Below are positions 1 to 8,505 of a stretch of 24,000 nucleotides of DNA, in pieces (the stretch's first letter is position 1; every line of letters begins with the position of its first letter). The notes under the pieces are model-generated. The model did not search any database. It was not told the origin of the DNA and was given only the letters and a program-made list of their open reading frames with translations. The translations under genes were made by a program, and so were the position numbers. The stretch lies in assembly GCA_964624825.1 (NCBI GenBank), contig CAZUYD010000018.1:3593-27592 (forward strand), written 5' to 3'. Origin of the DNA: an uncultured Enorma sp. (lineage in GTDB: Bacteria; Actinomycetota; Coriobacteriia; Coriobacteriales; Coriobacteriaceae).

Positions 1-210
1 ATCGCTTTTGACCTTGAGGAATTCCTCCTGGTTCTTTACCACTTTGACAGCGCCGTGCTGGCCGCGGTGGCCAGCCATGATCTGGCCTTTGAGGACGCAG
101 GGGAACCCTATGCCCTCGGGCAGCTCATCGTTCTCCACGAGGGGCGTGGGGTTCACCGGAATCCCGAAGCTCTCAAGCCTGCGCTTGCCCTCTATCTCAA
201 GATAGTCCAT
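1..210 (-). CDS. SucC-like ATP-grasp acyl-CoA ligase (ADP-forming), N-terminal 70 codons only; the gene continues beyond the left edge
   Basis: Reverse-strand translation from the ATG at 210-208 gives MDYLEIEGKRRLESFGIPVNPTPLVENDELPEGIGFPCVLKGQIMAGHRGQHGAVKVVKNQEEFLKVKSD. This follows the succinyl-CoA synthetase beta N-terminal pattern (LxExxxKxxLxxxGIPV ... VLK.Q..AG.RG..G.VK). An AAGGGG RBS lies upstream. It is co-directional with the aldehyde dehydrogenase. It is absent from the ORF track because it is truncated. Confidence 0.55.
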   Translation of the reverse strand, partial: MDYLEIEGKRRLESFGIPVNPTPLVENDELPEGIGFPCVLKGQIMAGHRGQHGAVKVVKNQEEFLKVKSD

Positions 211-223
211 TCATATCCCCTTT

Positions 224-290
224 CATGCGGGGTGGGAAAACGACCCCGCATGCAGTTAACCTGGCCGCCGTGCCTTCCGTGCCCGGCGGC
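224..290 (-). other. Two intercistronic GC-rich stem-loops between the aldehyde dehydrogenase and the ligase gene
   Basis: A perfect 10-bp stem joins CATGCGGGGT (224-233) to ACCCCGCATG (243-252) with a 9-nt loop. A 7-bp stem joins GCCGCCG (264-270) to CGGCGGC (284-290). Neither is followed by a U-tract. Confidence 0.35.
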
Positions 291-303
291 GCCGAAATGC
301 CGT

Positions 304-1677
304 TTACCAGACCTTGGCCGGGTCGGGCATGTAGGACGCTTCCAGCGGGTAGCCCACGCGCGTGATGTTCAAGAGGTGCGTGTAGCTGAAGTTGCCGCTG
401 AAGCTGTTATTGCCCCACGAGCCGCAGCCGAGGGTCGTGGTAGGGCCGAACCAGTTGGTGGGGCTACCCCCTCCCGTGGTGCCGGCAGGTTGGTTCACCA
501 CGCAGCGGGACACGGAGCACTGGACGGCGGCATACTCTACGTGCTCGGGGGTGTTGGAGTGCACGCAGATGCTGTGACCCTTGCCCTCGAACTCGAGATT
601 CTCGACCATGTAGGAGACGCCCTGCTCCCAGTCCTCGTAGGTGTAGACGGCGCAGACCGGGCAGAGCTTCTCACGGCAGAGCTGCTCGTCGGCACCGACG
701 GCCTCGGCTTTCACGAAGATGACGCGGGTGTCATCGGGGACCTCGACGCCGAGCTTCTTGCCGACCTCAGGGGCGGAGAGGCCGACCACGTCGCGCGATA
801 GCGGACCGTTGCCCGGGAAGAGTCCCTCGCGAATCTTGGCGACGATTTCAGGGTCATCGATGCAGAGGGCGCCGTGCTTGCCAGCTTCTTCGATGAACTT
901 GTCGTATTTGGCGGCCGGGACGAAAACGGTTTGTTCGCCCAGGCAGATTAGGCCGTTGTCGAAGCTTCGTCCGACGATGACCTTTTCCACGGCATCGGAC
1001 ATCTCTGCGTCCTCGTCGATGATGCACTGGACGTTGCCTTGGCCCACCCCGAGGGACGGCTTGCCGGAGGAGTAGGCGGCCTTGACCATGGCCGGGCCAC
1101 CCGTGGCGACGATGATGTCGGCTGCTGCCATGAGCGCGGCGGAATCTTCGAGCGAGACATGCTCCAGACCAAGGACAAGGTCGCGCGGGAGGCCGAGTTT
1201 CTCGAGCTCGGCCTGGAAAAGCTCAACGCACGTCTTGGTGATTTCGATGCAGCGTGGATGTGGTGAAAAGATTACGGAGTTGCGCGTCTTGAGCGCGTAG
1301 GCAGCGTTGCACATGGGCGTGACGACGGGGTTGGTGGAGGGGATGATAGCCGCCACGACGCCCATGGGCTTAGCTACCTCGTACATATGGTGCTCATCAT
1401 CGCGGGAGATCACCCCGACGCTCTTCTTGTCCTTGATGTACTGCCAGATGAGGGCGGCCTTGTTGCGACACTTGGCGATCTTGTCGGCCTCGTTGCCCAT
1501 ACGGGACTCCACGGCGGCCTGCGGGCCGAGCTCCTCGGCGTTGTCGTAGACGACTTTCAAGATGGCGCGCGCGGCAGCGTCGGCCTGCTCTTGGGTCATG
1601 AACTCAATCTGCTTCTGGGCGGCGCGGGAGCGCTCGACGAGCTCTTCGACAGACGGATAGCTCTGCTTTTCGGGCAT
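304..1677 (-). CDS. CoA-acylating aldehyde dehydrogenase, AdhE-N-terminal / SucD (succinate-semialdehyde dehydrogenase, acylating) type
   Basis: Lies within ORF 304..1752. I place the start at the ATG at 1677 (MPEKQSYPS...), which is preceded by GAAGGAGAAAACC. Family motifs are present: PSTNPVVTPMCNA, ATGGPAMVKAAYSSGKP, FDNGLICLGEQ (catalytic Cys) and PTTTLGCGSWGNNS. From memory it resembles Clostridium kluyveri SucD along its length. Confidence 0.9.
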   Translation of the reverse strand: MPEKQSYPSVEELVERSRAAQKQIEFMTQEQADAAARAILKVVYDNAEELGPQAAVESRMGNEADKIAKCRNKAALIWQYIKDKKSVGVISRDDEHHMYEVAKPMGVVAAIIPSTNPVVTPMCNAAYALKTRNSVIFSPHPRCIEITKTCVELFQAELEKLGLPRDLVLGLEHVSLEDSAALMAAADIIVATGGPAMVKAAYSSGKPSLGVGQGNVQCIIDEDAEMSDAVEKVIVGRSFDNGLICLGEQTVFVPAAKYDKFIEEAGKHGALCIDDPEIVAKIREGLFPGNGPLSRDVVGLSAPEVGKKLGVEVPDDTRVIFVKAEAVGADEQLCREKLCPVCAVYTYEDWEQGVSYMVENLEFEGKGHSICVHSNTPEHVEYAAVQCSVSRCVVNQPAGTTGGGSPTNWFGPTTTLGCGSWGNNSFSGNFSYTHLLNITRVGYPLEASYMPDPAKVW

Positions 1678-1721
1678 GGTTTTCTCCTTCGGCTTTGCGT
1701 TGGTCGACGGTTCGGATGCGC

Positions 1722-1746
1722 GCTTCATGAGAGCCGTGCGAAAGCG
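1722..1746 (-). other. Stem-loop between the transporter and the aldehyde dehydrogenase
   Basis: AGCCGTGCG-aaagcga-CGCACGGCT forms a perfect 9-bp stem. No U-tract follows on the minus strand. Confidence 0.3.
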
Positions 1747-1857
1747 ACGCACGGCTGCAGCAGTACCGATTGGGATCGCGCAGAGGACAATTCAGTAACG
1801 GTGCGCCCTCTCGGTACCCGATTCGGTTGTTAGTGACGTTATCCAGGCGCGGTGTGC

Positions 1858-3270
1858 CTACAGCACCGAGAAGGTGGGCCAGAAGTTCATGAGAAACACG
1901 CCCAGGACTATGATGATCACGATGCGGACGATCATCATGGGCAGGCCGTACTTGAGCATATGGCCGGCTTCCAGGCCGTAGCCCGCGGGCACCGCGCGAA
2001 TGGAGACGGGCAGCAGGAACTCCGCATCGAATGCCATGACGGTGATGCACCAGTACGGGATGGGGTTCAGCCCGAGTTGGGTCGTCAGCGCGATGACAAG
2101 GGGCACCGTGACCGCAGAGGACACCGTGGAGCTCGTGAGCTCGGAGATGAGGCAGGCAAGTAGCACGAAGACGATGATGGTGGTGATGCCGCCGTCGAGC
2201 GAGAAGCCCTGAAGGATGGTGGCGATGACGGAGGTGGCGCCGGAGCCGTTGATGAGCGTACCGATGGCCAGGCCGCCGGCAAAGAGGTACATCATGCCCC
2301 ACATGACGCCCTTCTGGGCCTCATCCCAGCCCATGAGGGGTTTCTTCCCGTAGGTGAAGATGAATGACAGCATGCCCATGGCCACGAAGATGTAGGCCGG
2401 GACCAGGTTGGGAAGGATGTCGGCGAACAGCGGACGGCAAAGGGCGCCGAGGAACGCCAAGCCGAAGAAGATGCCAACCATGGCCTCGTTGGTCTTGATC
2501 TTGCCCATAGCCTTGTAGCCCTCGCGGAAGAACTCCTTAGACCCCTTGAGCGGATCGACCTTGTGGAACATGAGCATCATGAGAGCGAAGAACACGAGCA
2601 TCGTCACGATGGTATAGGGCAGGAAGCGAATGATCCAGTCGAGGTACATGACCTCGATGCCGAGCTGTTCCTGCAGAAGCGAGATGGCCGTGACATTCAT
2701 GGCGCCGCCGAGCGGGGTCACGATGCCGCCGAGGACGGTGCCCCAGCAGATGGCGAGGAAGATGGGCGGGCCGGAGGGGCAGTCGCGTAGGCTCTCGTAG
2801 CCAGCGGCCCGGAACATTGCCAAAGCGAGCGGGCAGAAGAGGGAGACGACCGCGATGTTGGGGAGCACCGCCGAGAACAGCAGGCTCGCGACGAACCAGA
2901 CGATGAGCTGGGACGTGAGGGAGGGGCCGACAACCGCGAGAATCTTGTAGGCGACGCGGCGGTCGAAGCCGGTTGCCTTCCACGGTACTGTCAACAGGCA
3001 GGAGCCGAAGACCAAAACGATGCTCTCAGAGAAGTACTGAGAAATGACGTTTTCCATCGGAACGATGGAAAATAGCGCGTTGACCGGGATGGGAAGCAGT
3101 GCCGTGACCGTCAAATCGACGGGACGGGAAACCCACCAGAACACCATCCAGAGCAGCGTGCCCAATGCTTGGGATCCGGGGCCTCCGAACACGTTGGACA
3201 GGCCTAGCGCACATGCAGCGAACAACGCAGGACCGATGATGAGATAGATGATTCGCTTGGTGAAGTCCAT
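1858..3270 (-). CDS. DASS/SLC13-type (divalent anion:Na+ symporter family) permease
   Basis: Lies within ORF 1858..3438. I place the start at the ATG at 3270 (MDFTKRIIYLIIGPALF...), preceded by AAGGAG. The product is 470 aa and polytopic hydrophobic, with two hairpin-like segments (SAVLPNIAVVSLFCP and SELTSSTVSSAVTVP) where DASS proteins carry SNT motifs. Confidence 0.8.
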   Translation of the reverse strand: MDFTKRIIYLIIGPALFAACALGLSNVFGGPGSQALGTLLWMVFWWVSRPVDLTVTALLPIPVNALFSIVPMENVISQYFSESIVLVFGSCLLTVPWKATGFDRRVAYKILAVVGPSLTSQLIVWFVASLLFSAVLPNIAVVSLFCPLALAMFRAAGYESLRDCPSGPPIFLAICWGTVLGGIVTPLGGAMNVTAISLLQEQLGIEVMYLDWIIRFLPYTIVTMLVFFALMMLMFHKVDPLKGSKEFFREGYKAMGKIKTNEAMVGIFFGLAFLGALCRPLFADILPNLVPAYIFVAMGMLSFIFTYGKKPLMGWDEAQKGVMWGMMYLFAGGLAIGTLINGSGATSVIATILQGFSLDGGITTIIVFVLLACLISELTSSTVSSAVTVPLVIALTTQLGLNPIPYWCITVMAFDAEFLLPVSIRAVPAGYGLEAGHMLKYGLPMMIVRIVIIIVLGVFLMNFWPTFSVL

Positions 3271-3705
3271 GCCGCTATCGCTCCTTTCGACGAGATACCG
3301 ATGAACATACCTTTCCATGCGCGCTCGGGCGCCATTCGCGCGCACGGTATCGCAGCCGGGACGTGCCCGGTTCCGATTGAAAGACAGGCAAGGACCATGG
3401 GCTGTCGCGTATCCGTCGTGCTTTCGGGCACTCGACATGTTGCCGGACGGTCCGAGCCGTAAACTGCTGCGTCAAAGGGTAATTGTCAAGACGGCAGCCA
3501 TGCTGGTCATAGAGTCAATATGGGTAAAAGTTCCCAAAGATACGCCATCTGGCTACCTCGGTGGCGCTTCGGTCCTCCTTCTCTCCAAAGATGGCCATTT
3601 CGGCCACTGTCGCGTTCGTAAGCGACTACGTAAGATGTGCTTGAATGTAGAGACGGGTCCGGGAATCGTCCCGGTGTTTACGCTTCGAGAGGAAAAGAGG
3701 CAGGT
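3271..3705. promoter_or_regulatory. Divergent control region between the transporter operon and the activase-GRE-ADH operon
   Basis: 435 bp with no credible coding sequence and locally lower GC. It contains imperfect direct repeats, CCAAAGATACGCCATCTGGC (3534-3553) and CCAAAGATGGCCATTTCGGC (3585-3604). A small hairpin, CCGGGAatcgTCCCGG, lies at about 3658-3673. The individual promoters could not be resolved. Confidence 0.5.
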
Positions 3706-4656
3706 GTGGCAGAGAGTGGAATCGTTTTCAACGTCCAACGCTACACGATTCACGATGGCCCTGGCTTGCGAACCGAGTTCTTTCTGAAGGGCTGTCCACT
3801 CCGCTGCCGCTGGTGTTCGAACCCTGAGAGCTGGGATCCCAAGATCCAGTATGGCGTCTACCGCACCAAGTGCATCGGGCTCGACAAATGCGGCGCCTGC
3901 ATGGATGTCTGCGCGTGTCCCGAGGGGCTCTTCTTCAAGAAGGGTCGGCTCGACCGCATCGATTACCGTCTCGTTCCTGACTGCAAGCCCCTCTATGACG
4001 AGTGCCCTTCCGACTGCCTCAAACAGTGGGGTCGCGAGATGACGGTCGAGGAGTGCATGAGGACGGTTATCGCCGACAAGGGCTACTACGAGCGTTCCGG
4101 CGGCGGCGTTACCGTTTCCGGCGGCGAGCCCCTCCTGCAGAGCAAGTTCGTTGCCGAGCTCTTCCGAGCTTGCCGCGATGAAGACGTCCAGACCTGCTGC
4201 GAGACCACCTTCCACGTGGGATGGGCCGCCGTCGAGCGCATCATGCCCCTGACAGACATCTTCATCACCGACCTCAAGACCATGGACACCGAGGTACACC
4301 AGGAGTATACCGGTGCCGGCAACGAGGTGATCCTGGACCATATCAAGCGCGTCGTGGACGCGGGCGCGGACGTCATAGTGCGCATTCCGGTCATTCCCGG
4401 CGTCAACGATGGCGAGGAAAACATCTCGGCTACGGCCGACTTCATTCTGGACGAGCTGGGAAATCGTATCCAGATGCTCCAGCTCCTGAGCTTCATGCGC
4501 TTGGGCGTGGAAAAATACCAGTCGCTTGGCATGCCCTACGGCATGAGCGGCGTCAGGGTCAATCGCAAGGCGTTCCAGAAGCACGTGGAAGAGATCGCGG
4601 ACTATTTCGCTGGCCGCGGCATTCGCTGTCGCGTCGGTAACAACGACGAGAAATAA
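3706..4656 (+). CDS. Glycyl radical enzyme activating enzyme (radical SAM, with a ferredoxin-like Cys-rich insert)
   Basis: The radical SAM motif CPLRCRWC follows GIVFNVQRYTIHDGPGLRTEFFLKG. An additional cluster region, CIGLDKCGACMDVCACPEG, is present. The start is probably the GTG at 3706 (VAESGIVF...) after GAGAGGAAAAGAGG; the ORF-track ATG at 3637 would add an unlikely 23-aa leader. Confidence 0.9.
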   Translation: MAESGIVFNVQRYTIHDGPGLRTEFFLKGCPLRCRWCSNPESWDPKIQYGVYRTKCIGLDKCGACMDVCACPEGLFFKKGRLDRIDYRLVPDCKPLYDECPSDCLKQWGREMTVEECMRTVIADKGYYERSGGGVTVSGGEPLLQSKFVAELFRACRDEDVQTCCETTFHVGWAAVERIMPLTDIFITDLKTMDTEVHQEYTGAGNEVILDHIKRVVDAGADVIVRIPVIPGVNDGEENISATADFILDELGNRIQMLQLLSFMRLGVEKYQSLGMPYGMSGVRVNRKAFQKHVEEIADYFAGRGIRCRVGNNDEK

Positions 4657-4702
4657 GGCACCTATGGCGGAGAGGTCCGCCGGAAGATAAAGGAGGGTTT
4701 GT

Positions 4703-7219
4703 ATGCCAACTGTTGACATGGCGAAGCGGAAGCACACAGACGCGTGCGGAACCGAGCCGTACGACAAGACCTATAGCCTCGGCTACCAAGTCCACCACGA
4801 GGATTGGTCTCCGTTCCCTCGCGTCAACCGTCTGCGCCAGACGTTTCTCGACCGAGAATACTACATCGATGTCGAGCGCCTGCGCCTCGTGACCGAGGCC
4901 TATCAGCAGTACGAGGAAGCGCCGCGCAAACTCCAGTGCGCCCACGCGTTCGACAGCGTCCTGCGCAACTGCAGCCTGTTCGTCTACGATGACGACCTCA
5001 TTCTCGGCGAGATCGCCGCGCCCGCCAAGGCCTCTCCGATCTATCCTGAGTTTTCCGTGGACTGGATCATCCGGGAGTCCCAGAAGGAATTGGCGAAGGA
5101 CGTCCCCGTGTTCTGGGAGCGCGAGCACGACCAGTTCTACTACCGCAACGACGAGGAGCGCAAGGAGGCCATCGAGCTCTGTGCCTGGTGGAAGGGCAAG
5201 ACCGTCGAGGACCTGATCAACGCTCGCTTGGACTACGACCAGGTCAAGGGCTCTGAGGTCGGCGAAAAGATATTCCAGACAAATCTGTACCACTATGCGG
5301 GAACCGGTCACCTTGCTATTGACTACGATCGTCTCATGAAGCTCGGTTTCGACGGCCTCATCGACGAGGCCAAGAGAGGCCTTTCCGAACTTGACTACCG
5401 CGATCCAGAGTTTGGCGACAAGCGCGATGAGTATCAGGCCATGATCATCATGTATGAGGCCACCAAGGCTTATATCGAGCGCTACGCCACGCTGTGCGAG
5501 AGCACGGCTGTCGAGCAGACCGACGAGAAGCGTCGCGAGGAACTCCTCGCGATGTCTGCCAACTGCCGCGCCGTCGCCGGTCCTGCGCCCAAGAGTTTCT
5601 GGCAGGCACTCCAGCTCTTCCAGATCGCCACGGCGCTCATTCAGGTCGAGAGCAATGGCCACTCCATCTCCTACGGTCGTATGGACCAGTGGCTCTACCC
5701 GTTCTACAAGGCGGATATCGAAAACGGTTCCATCACCAAGGAATTCGCCCTCGAGCTGCTCGAGGTCGAGTACGTCAAGATGAATAACCCGACCAAGCTC
5801 AAAGACTTCGGATCCATGGCCGTTCGTAACGGCCGTGGGTTCGGCGGCGAATCCCTTACCATCGGCGGCATTGGCCGCGACGGCAAGGATGCCACCAACG
5901 ATCTCACCTTCCTCATGCTCGAGGCCTCTGCTCATACGCGCATGATGAATCCGTGGGTTGCCGTCCGCATGCACGATGACACTCCCTACGAGCTCGCCGT
6001 CAAGGTCGTCGAGTGCATCCGCGCAGGCTACGGGCACCCCAAGATTTTCAACGACGCCCCAGCAATCAAGGGCATGCTCCGCAAGGGCATGACCATCGAG
6101 GAGGCGCGCGACTACTGCGTCGTGGGCTGCGTCGAGATCGATCTGCCCGGCAAGGAGTACGGCTGGCATGACGCCGCCTACATCAATACCCCCAAGATGA
6201 TGGAGATGGTCCTGAACGGCGGCAAGAGCCTCAAGACCGGTGAGCAGCTCGGCCCCGATACGGGCAGCCTCGAGACCTACAAGTCCTTTGACGAGGTCCT
6301 CGCCTCCGTTGACGAACAGTTCGAGTATTGGACCAACCAGATCTGCAGCAGCCTGAACATCATTGATGCCGCGCATCACGATCGCAAGCCTCTTCCCTAT
6401 GTTTCCGGCTTCTACCGGGAGTGCATGGAATCCGGCCACGATCTGGTAGAAGGTGGTGCCAAGTATAACGGCATCGGCCCCCAGGCCGCTGGCATGGGAA
6501 CTTGCGCTGACTCTCTTTGCACCATCAAGCAGCTCATGTTCGACGAGGAGAGGGTCACGGGTGCCGAGCTCCTCCAGTGCGTCAAGGACAACTGGAAAGG
6601 TCACGAGAAACTCTACGCACTCGTGAACAGCTCCAAAGTCCACCACTACGGCAATGATGACAACTACGCCGATGAGCTCTTCAAATGGATGTTCGAGTGC
6701 TACTGCCGCCATATCGCCGGCCGTCCCACGCGCCGCGGCGGTCAGTTCAACCCGGGCGTGTACTCGGTTAACGCCAACGTGGCCATGGGCATGAACACCT
6801 TCGCCACGCTTGACGGACGCAAGGCGGGCGAAGCCATCTCCGACAACATGGCACCGGTTCACACCGATGCCGGATCGCACGATACCGAGGGTCCGACCGC
6901 GCTCGTGAACTCCCTCTCAAAGGTCGACCACAGCCTGGCCTCCAACGGCACGCTTATGAACATGCGCTTCCCGGAAGACGCAGTCGCGGGCACCCAAGGT
7001 CGCGACAACCTCGTGAGCTTCATCGAGGAGTATGTCCGCAAGCAGCCCATGCACGTCCAGTTCAATATCATGAGCGCCGCCAAAATGCGCGCCGCCCAGA
7101 AGCACCCCGAGGACTACAAGGACATGCTCGTCCGCGTGGCAGGCTACTCCGCGTACTTCGTCGAGCTGGGCAAGCCCTTGCAGAAGGATCTCATCCAGCG
7201 CACTGAGCTGCACTTCTAA
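4703..7219 (+). CDS. Glycyl radical enzyme, PFL2 / 1,2-eliminase (dehydratase or lyase) type, substrate unassigned
   Basis: 838 aa, with RBS AAAGGAGGG upstream. The glycyl radical motif is MLVRVAGYSAYFVEL (Gly813). The thiyl loop is VVGCVEIDLPGKEYGWHDAAY (Cys476, Glu478). ATLDGRKAGE is also present. The overall layout is typical of the CutC/GDH/IslA/HypD-type enzymes. Confidence 0.95.
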   Translation: MPTVDMAKRKHTDACGTEPYDKTYSLGYQVHHEDWSPFPRVNRLRQTFLDREYYIDVERLRLVTEAYQQYEEAPRKLQCAHAFDSVLRNCSLFVYDDDLILGEIAAPAKASPIYPEFSVDWIIRESQKELAKDVPVFWEREHDQFYYRNDEERKEAIELCAWWKGKTVEDLINARLDYDQVKGSEVGEKIFQTNLYHYAGTGHLAIDYDRLMKLGFDGLIDEAKRGLSELDYRDPEFGDKRDEYQAMIIMYEATKAYIERYATLCESTAVEQTDEKRREELLAMSANCRAVAGPAPKSFWQALQLFQIATALIQVESNGHSISYGRMDQWLYPFYKADIENGSITKEFALELLEVEYVKMNNPTKLKDFGSMAVRNGRGFGGESLTIGGIGRDGKDATNDLTFLMLEASAHTRMMNPWVAVRMHDDTPYELAVKVVECIRAGYGHPKIFNDAPAIKGMLRKGMTIEEARDYCVVGCVEIDLPGKEYGWHDAAYINTPKMMEMVLNGGKSLKTGEQLGPDTGSLETYKSFDEVLASVDEQFEYWTNQICSSLNIIDAAHHDRKPLPYVSGFYRECMESGHDLVEGGAKYNGIGPQAAGMGTCADSLCTIKQLMFDEERVTGAELLQCVKDNWKGHEKLYALVNSSKVHHYGNDDNYADELFKWMFECYCRHIAGRPTRRGGQFNPGVYSVNANVAMGMNTFATLDGRKAGEAISDNMAPVHTDAGSHDTEGPTALVNSLSKVDHSLASNGTLMNMRFPEDAVAGTQGRDNLVSFIEEYVRKQPMHVQFNIMSAAKMRAAQKHPEDYKDMLVRVAGYSAYFVELGKPLQKDLIQRTELHF

Positions 7220-7277
7220 GGTGCGCGGCGAACCGATCGACGTGAAGGACATCACCTGATCGAAGTGCCTGGACCAG

Positions 7278-7304
7278 CCTCGCCCGCCTTCCCGGCGGGC
7301 GAGG
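7278..7304 (+). other. Intercistronic stem-loop between the GRE and the alcohol dehydrogenase
   Basis: CCTCGCCCGCC-ttccc-GGCGGGCGAGG forms a perfect 11-bp stem with no U-tract. It may be an mRNA stabiliser or a partial terminator. Confidence 0.4.
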
Positions 7305-7345
7305 TGCCTTATGACGGGAAATCGTGTCTAGGAATAGGAGCAACT

Positions 7346-8488
7346 ATGAACCCGTACACCTTCAAGATTCCGCAGACCGTCGAGTTCGGTATGGGAAGTC
7401 TGAAGAAGCTTCCGGAGATCCTACGGTCCGAGAGCTCCGATCATGTCTTCTTCATATCCGACCATGGCTTGGAGCGCATCGGCGTAGTCGACAAGGTCGC
7501 TGGCATCATCGAGGCGTCCGGCATCAAGGTCACGCGCTATCTCGAGGTCAAACCCAATCCGACCGTTCAAATTGTCGAGGAGGCGACTCGACTCTACGAG
7601 CAAAGCGGTGCGTCGAGTATCGTCGTCCTGGGCGGCGGCAGTCCGATGGACGTTGCCAAGGCCGTTGGCGTGCTTGCCACGTTCGGCGGAGCGATCACCG
7701 ACTACGAGGGTGCCGGGAAGGTTCCCGGTCGCATCCTGCCCCTGACCGCCATCCCCACTACAGCGGGGACCGGCAGCGAGGCCACGGCCTCGGCGGTCAT
7801 CTCCGATCACGTGCGCAACGTGAAGTTCTCCATCGTGAGCTACAACATCTTGCCGCGTTACGCGCTGCTCGACCCCGAGCTCATCATGACAGCCCCCGCG
7901 AGCGTTGCTGCTTCCTGCGGCATCGACGCGTTTATCCATGCCATGGAGGCCTACGTCTCACGTCAGGCGTCGCCCTTTTCCGATGCCATGGCCGAGAAGG
8001 CTATGGAGCTCATCGGCGCCAATCTGCGCCGTTTCGTGGCCGACCGCGCTAATGCTGACGCTGCTTGCGCCATGATGGCGGGCAGCAACCTCGCCGGCAT
8101 CGCCTTCGCGTGGGCGCGCCTCGGCAACATCCATGCGCTGAGCCATCCCGTGAGCGCCTATTTCGGCGTTGCCCATGGCGTGGCCAACGCGATTCTCATG
8201 CCCCATGTGGTGGCCTACAACGCGCTCGCGGATACCGGTCGCTATGAGAAGATTTACCGCTACCTGCACCAGGGTCCTGTAAAGGATTTCGAGTCCCTGA
8301 TGCTCGTGGACGAGCTCGTCAAGCTCAACGCCGAACTCAAGATCCCTGCGCGTCTCTCCGAGGTGGGCGTAACCGACGAGCATTTCGAAGCCATGGCGGC
8401 AGACGCCATGGGTACGGTGAACGTGCCGGCGAACCCCCGTCAGAGCACCGTCGCCGATCTCATCGACCTCTACAGGGCATCGCTCTAG
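7346..8488 (+). CDS. Iron-containing (group III) alcohol dehydrogenase
   Basis: Lies within ORF 7265..8488. I place the start at the ATG at 7346 (MNPYTFKIPQTVEFGMGS...) after GGAATAGGAG. Family motifs are present: VLGGGSPMDVAKA, PTTAGTGSE, DAFIHAMEAY and the His-rich metal site HALSHPVSAYFGVAHGVANA. Confidence 0.9.
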   Translation: MNPYTFKIPQTVEFGMGSLKKLPEILRSESSDHVFFISDHGLERIGVVDKVAGIIEASGIKVTRYLEVKPNPTVQIVEEATRLYEQSGASSIVVLGGGSPMDVAKAVGVLATFGGAITDYEGAGKVPGRILPLTAIPTTAGTGSEATASAVISDHVRNVKFSIVSYNILPRYALLDPELIMTAPASVAASCGIDAFIHAMEAYVSRQASPFSDAMAEKAMELIGANLRRFVADRANADAACAMMAGSNLAGIAFAWARLGNIHALSHPVSAYFGVAHGVANAILMPHVVAYNALADTGRYEKIYRYLHQGPVKDFESLMLVDELVKLNAELKIPARLSEVGVTDEHFEAMAADAMGTVNVPANPRQSTVADLIDLYRASL

Positions 8489-8505
8489 CGCCATCCTCTC
8501 TTTAA

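Noticed and set aside
55-801. 248-aa ORF on the plus strand
   Set aside because: It is antisense to the aldehyde dehydrogenase and to the ligase start. The sequence is Ala/Gly/Arg-rich and has no motifs.
1678-1752. Upstream extensions of several ORF-track calls (ALDH to 1752, permease to 3438, ADH from 7265, dnaJ-like from 8592, rpsO from 16309, phosphatase to 17708, deoR from 21775)
   Set aside because: In each case an internal ATG or GTG with a Shine-Dalgarno sequence gives the family-typical N-terminus. The extensions are basic, low-complexity sequence.
3553-4767. 404-aa ORF on the minus strand
   Set aside because: It is antisense to the activase gene, which has unambiguous radical SAM motifs. 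This is the same high-GC artefact.
4559-6880. 773-aa ORF on the minus strand
   Set aside because: It is entirely antisense to the GRE gene. Its composition is Gly/Ala/Val/Asp/Leu-rich and low in complexity, as expected from a stop-free antisense frame in high-GC DNA. It has no RBS and no recognisable domain.
4703-7219. Naming the GRE as choline TMA-lyase (CutC), propanediol dehydratase or glycerol dehydratase
   Set aside because: Length and motif spacing resemble CutC. However, no microcompartment shell genes are visible. The aldehyde dehydrogenase is not the EutE/PduP type. The linked permease is an anion symporter, not a choline or glycerol carrier. The substrate-pocket residues cannot be verified by eye, so I left it unassigned.
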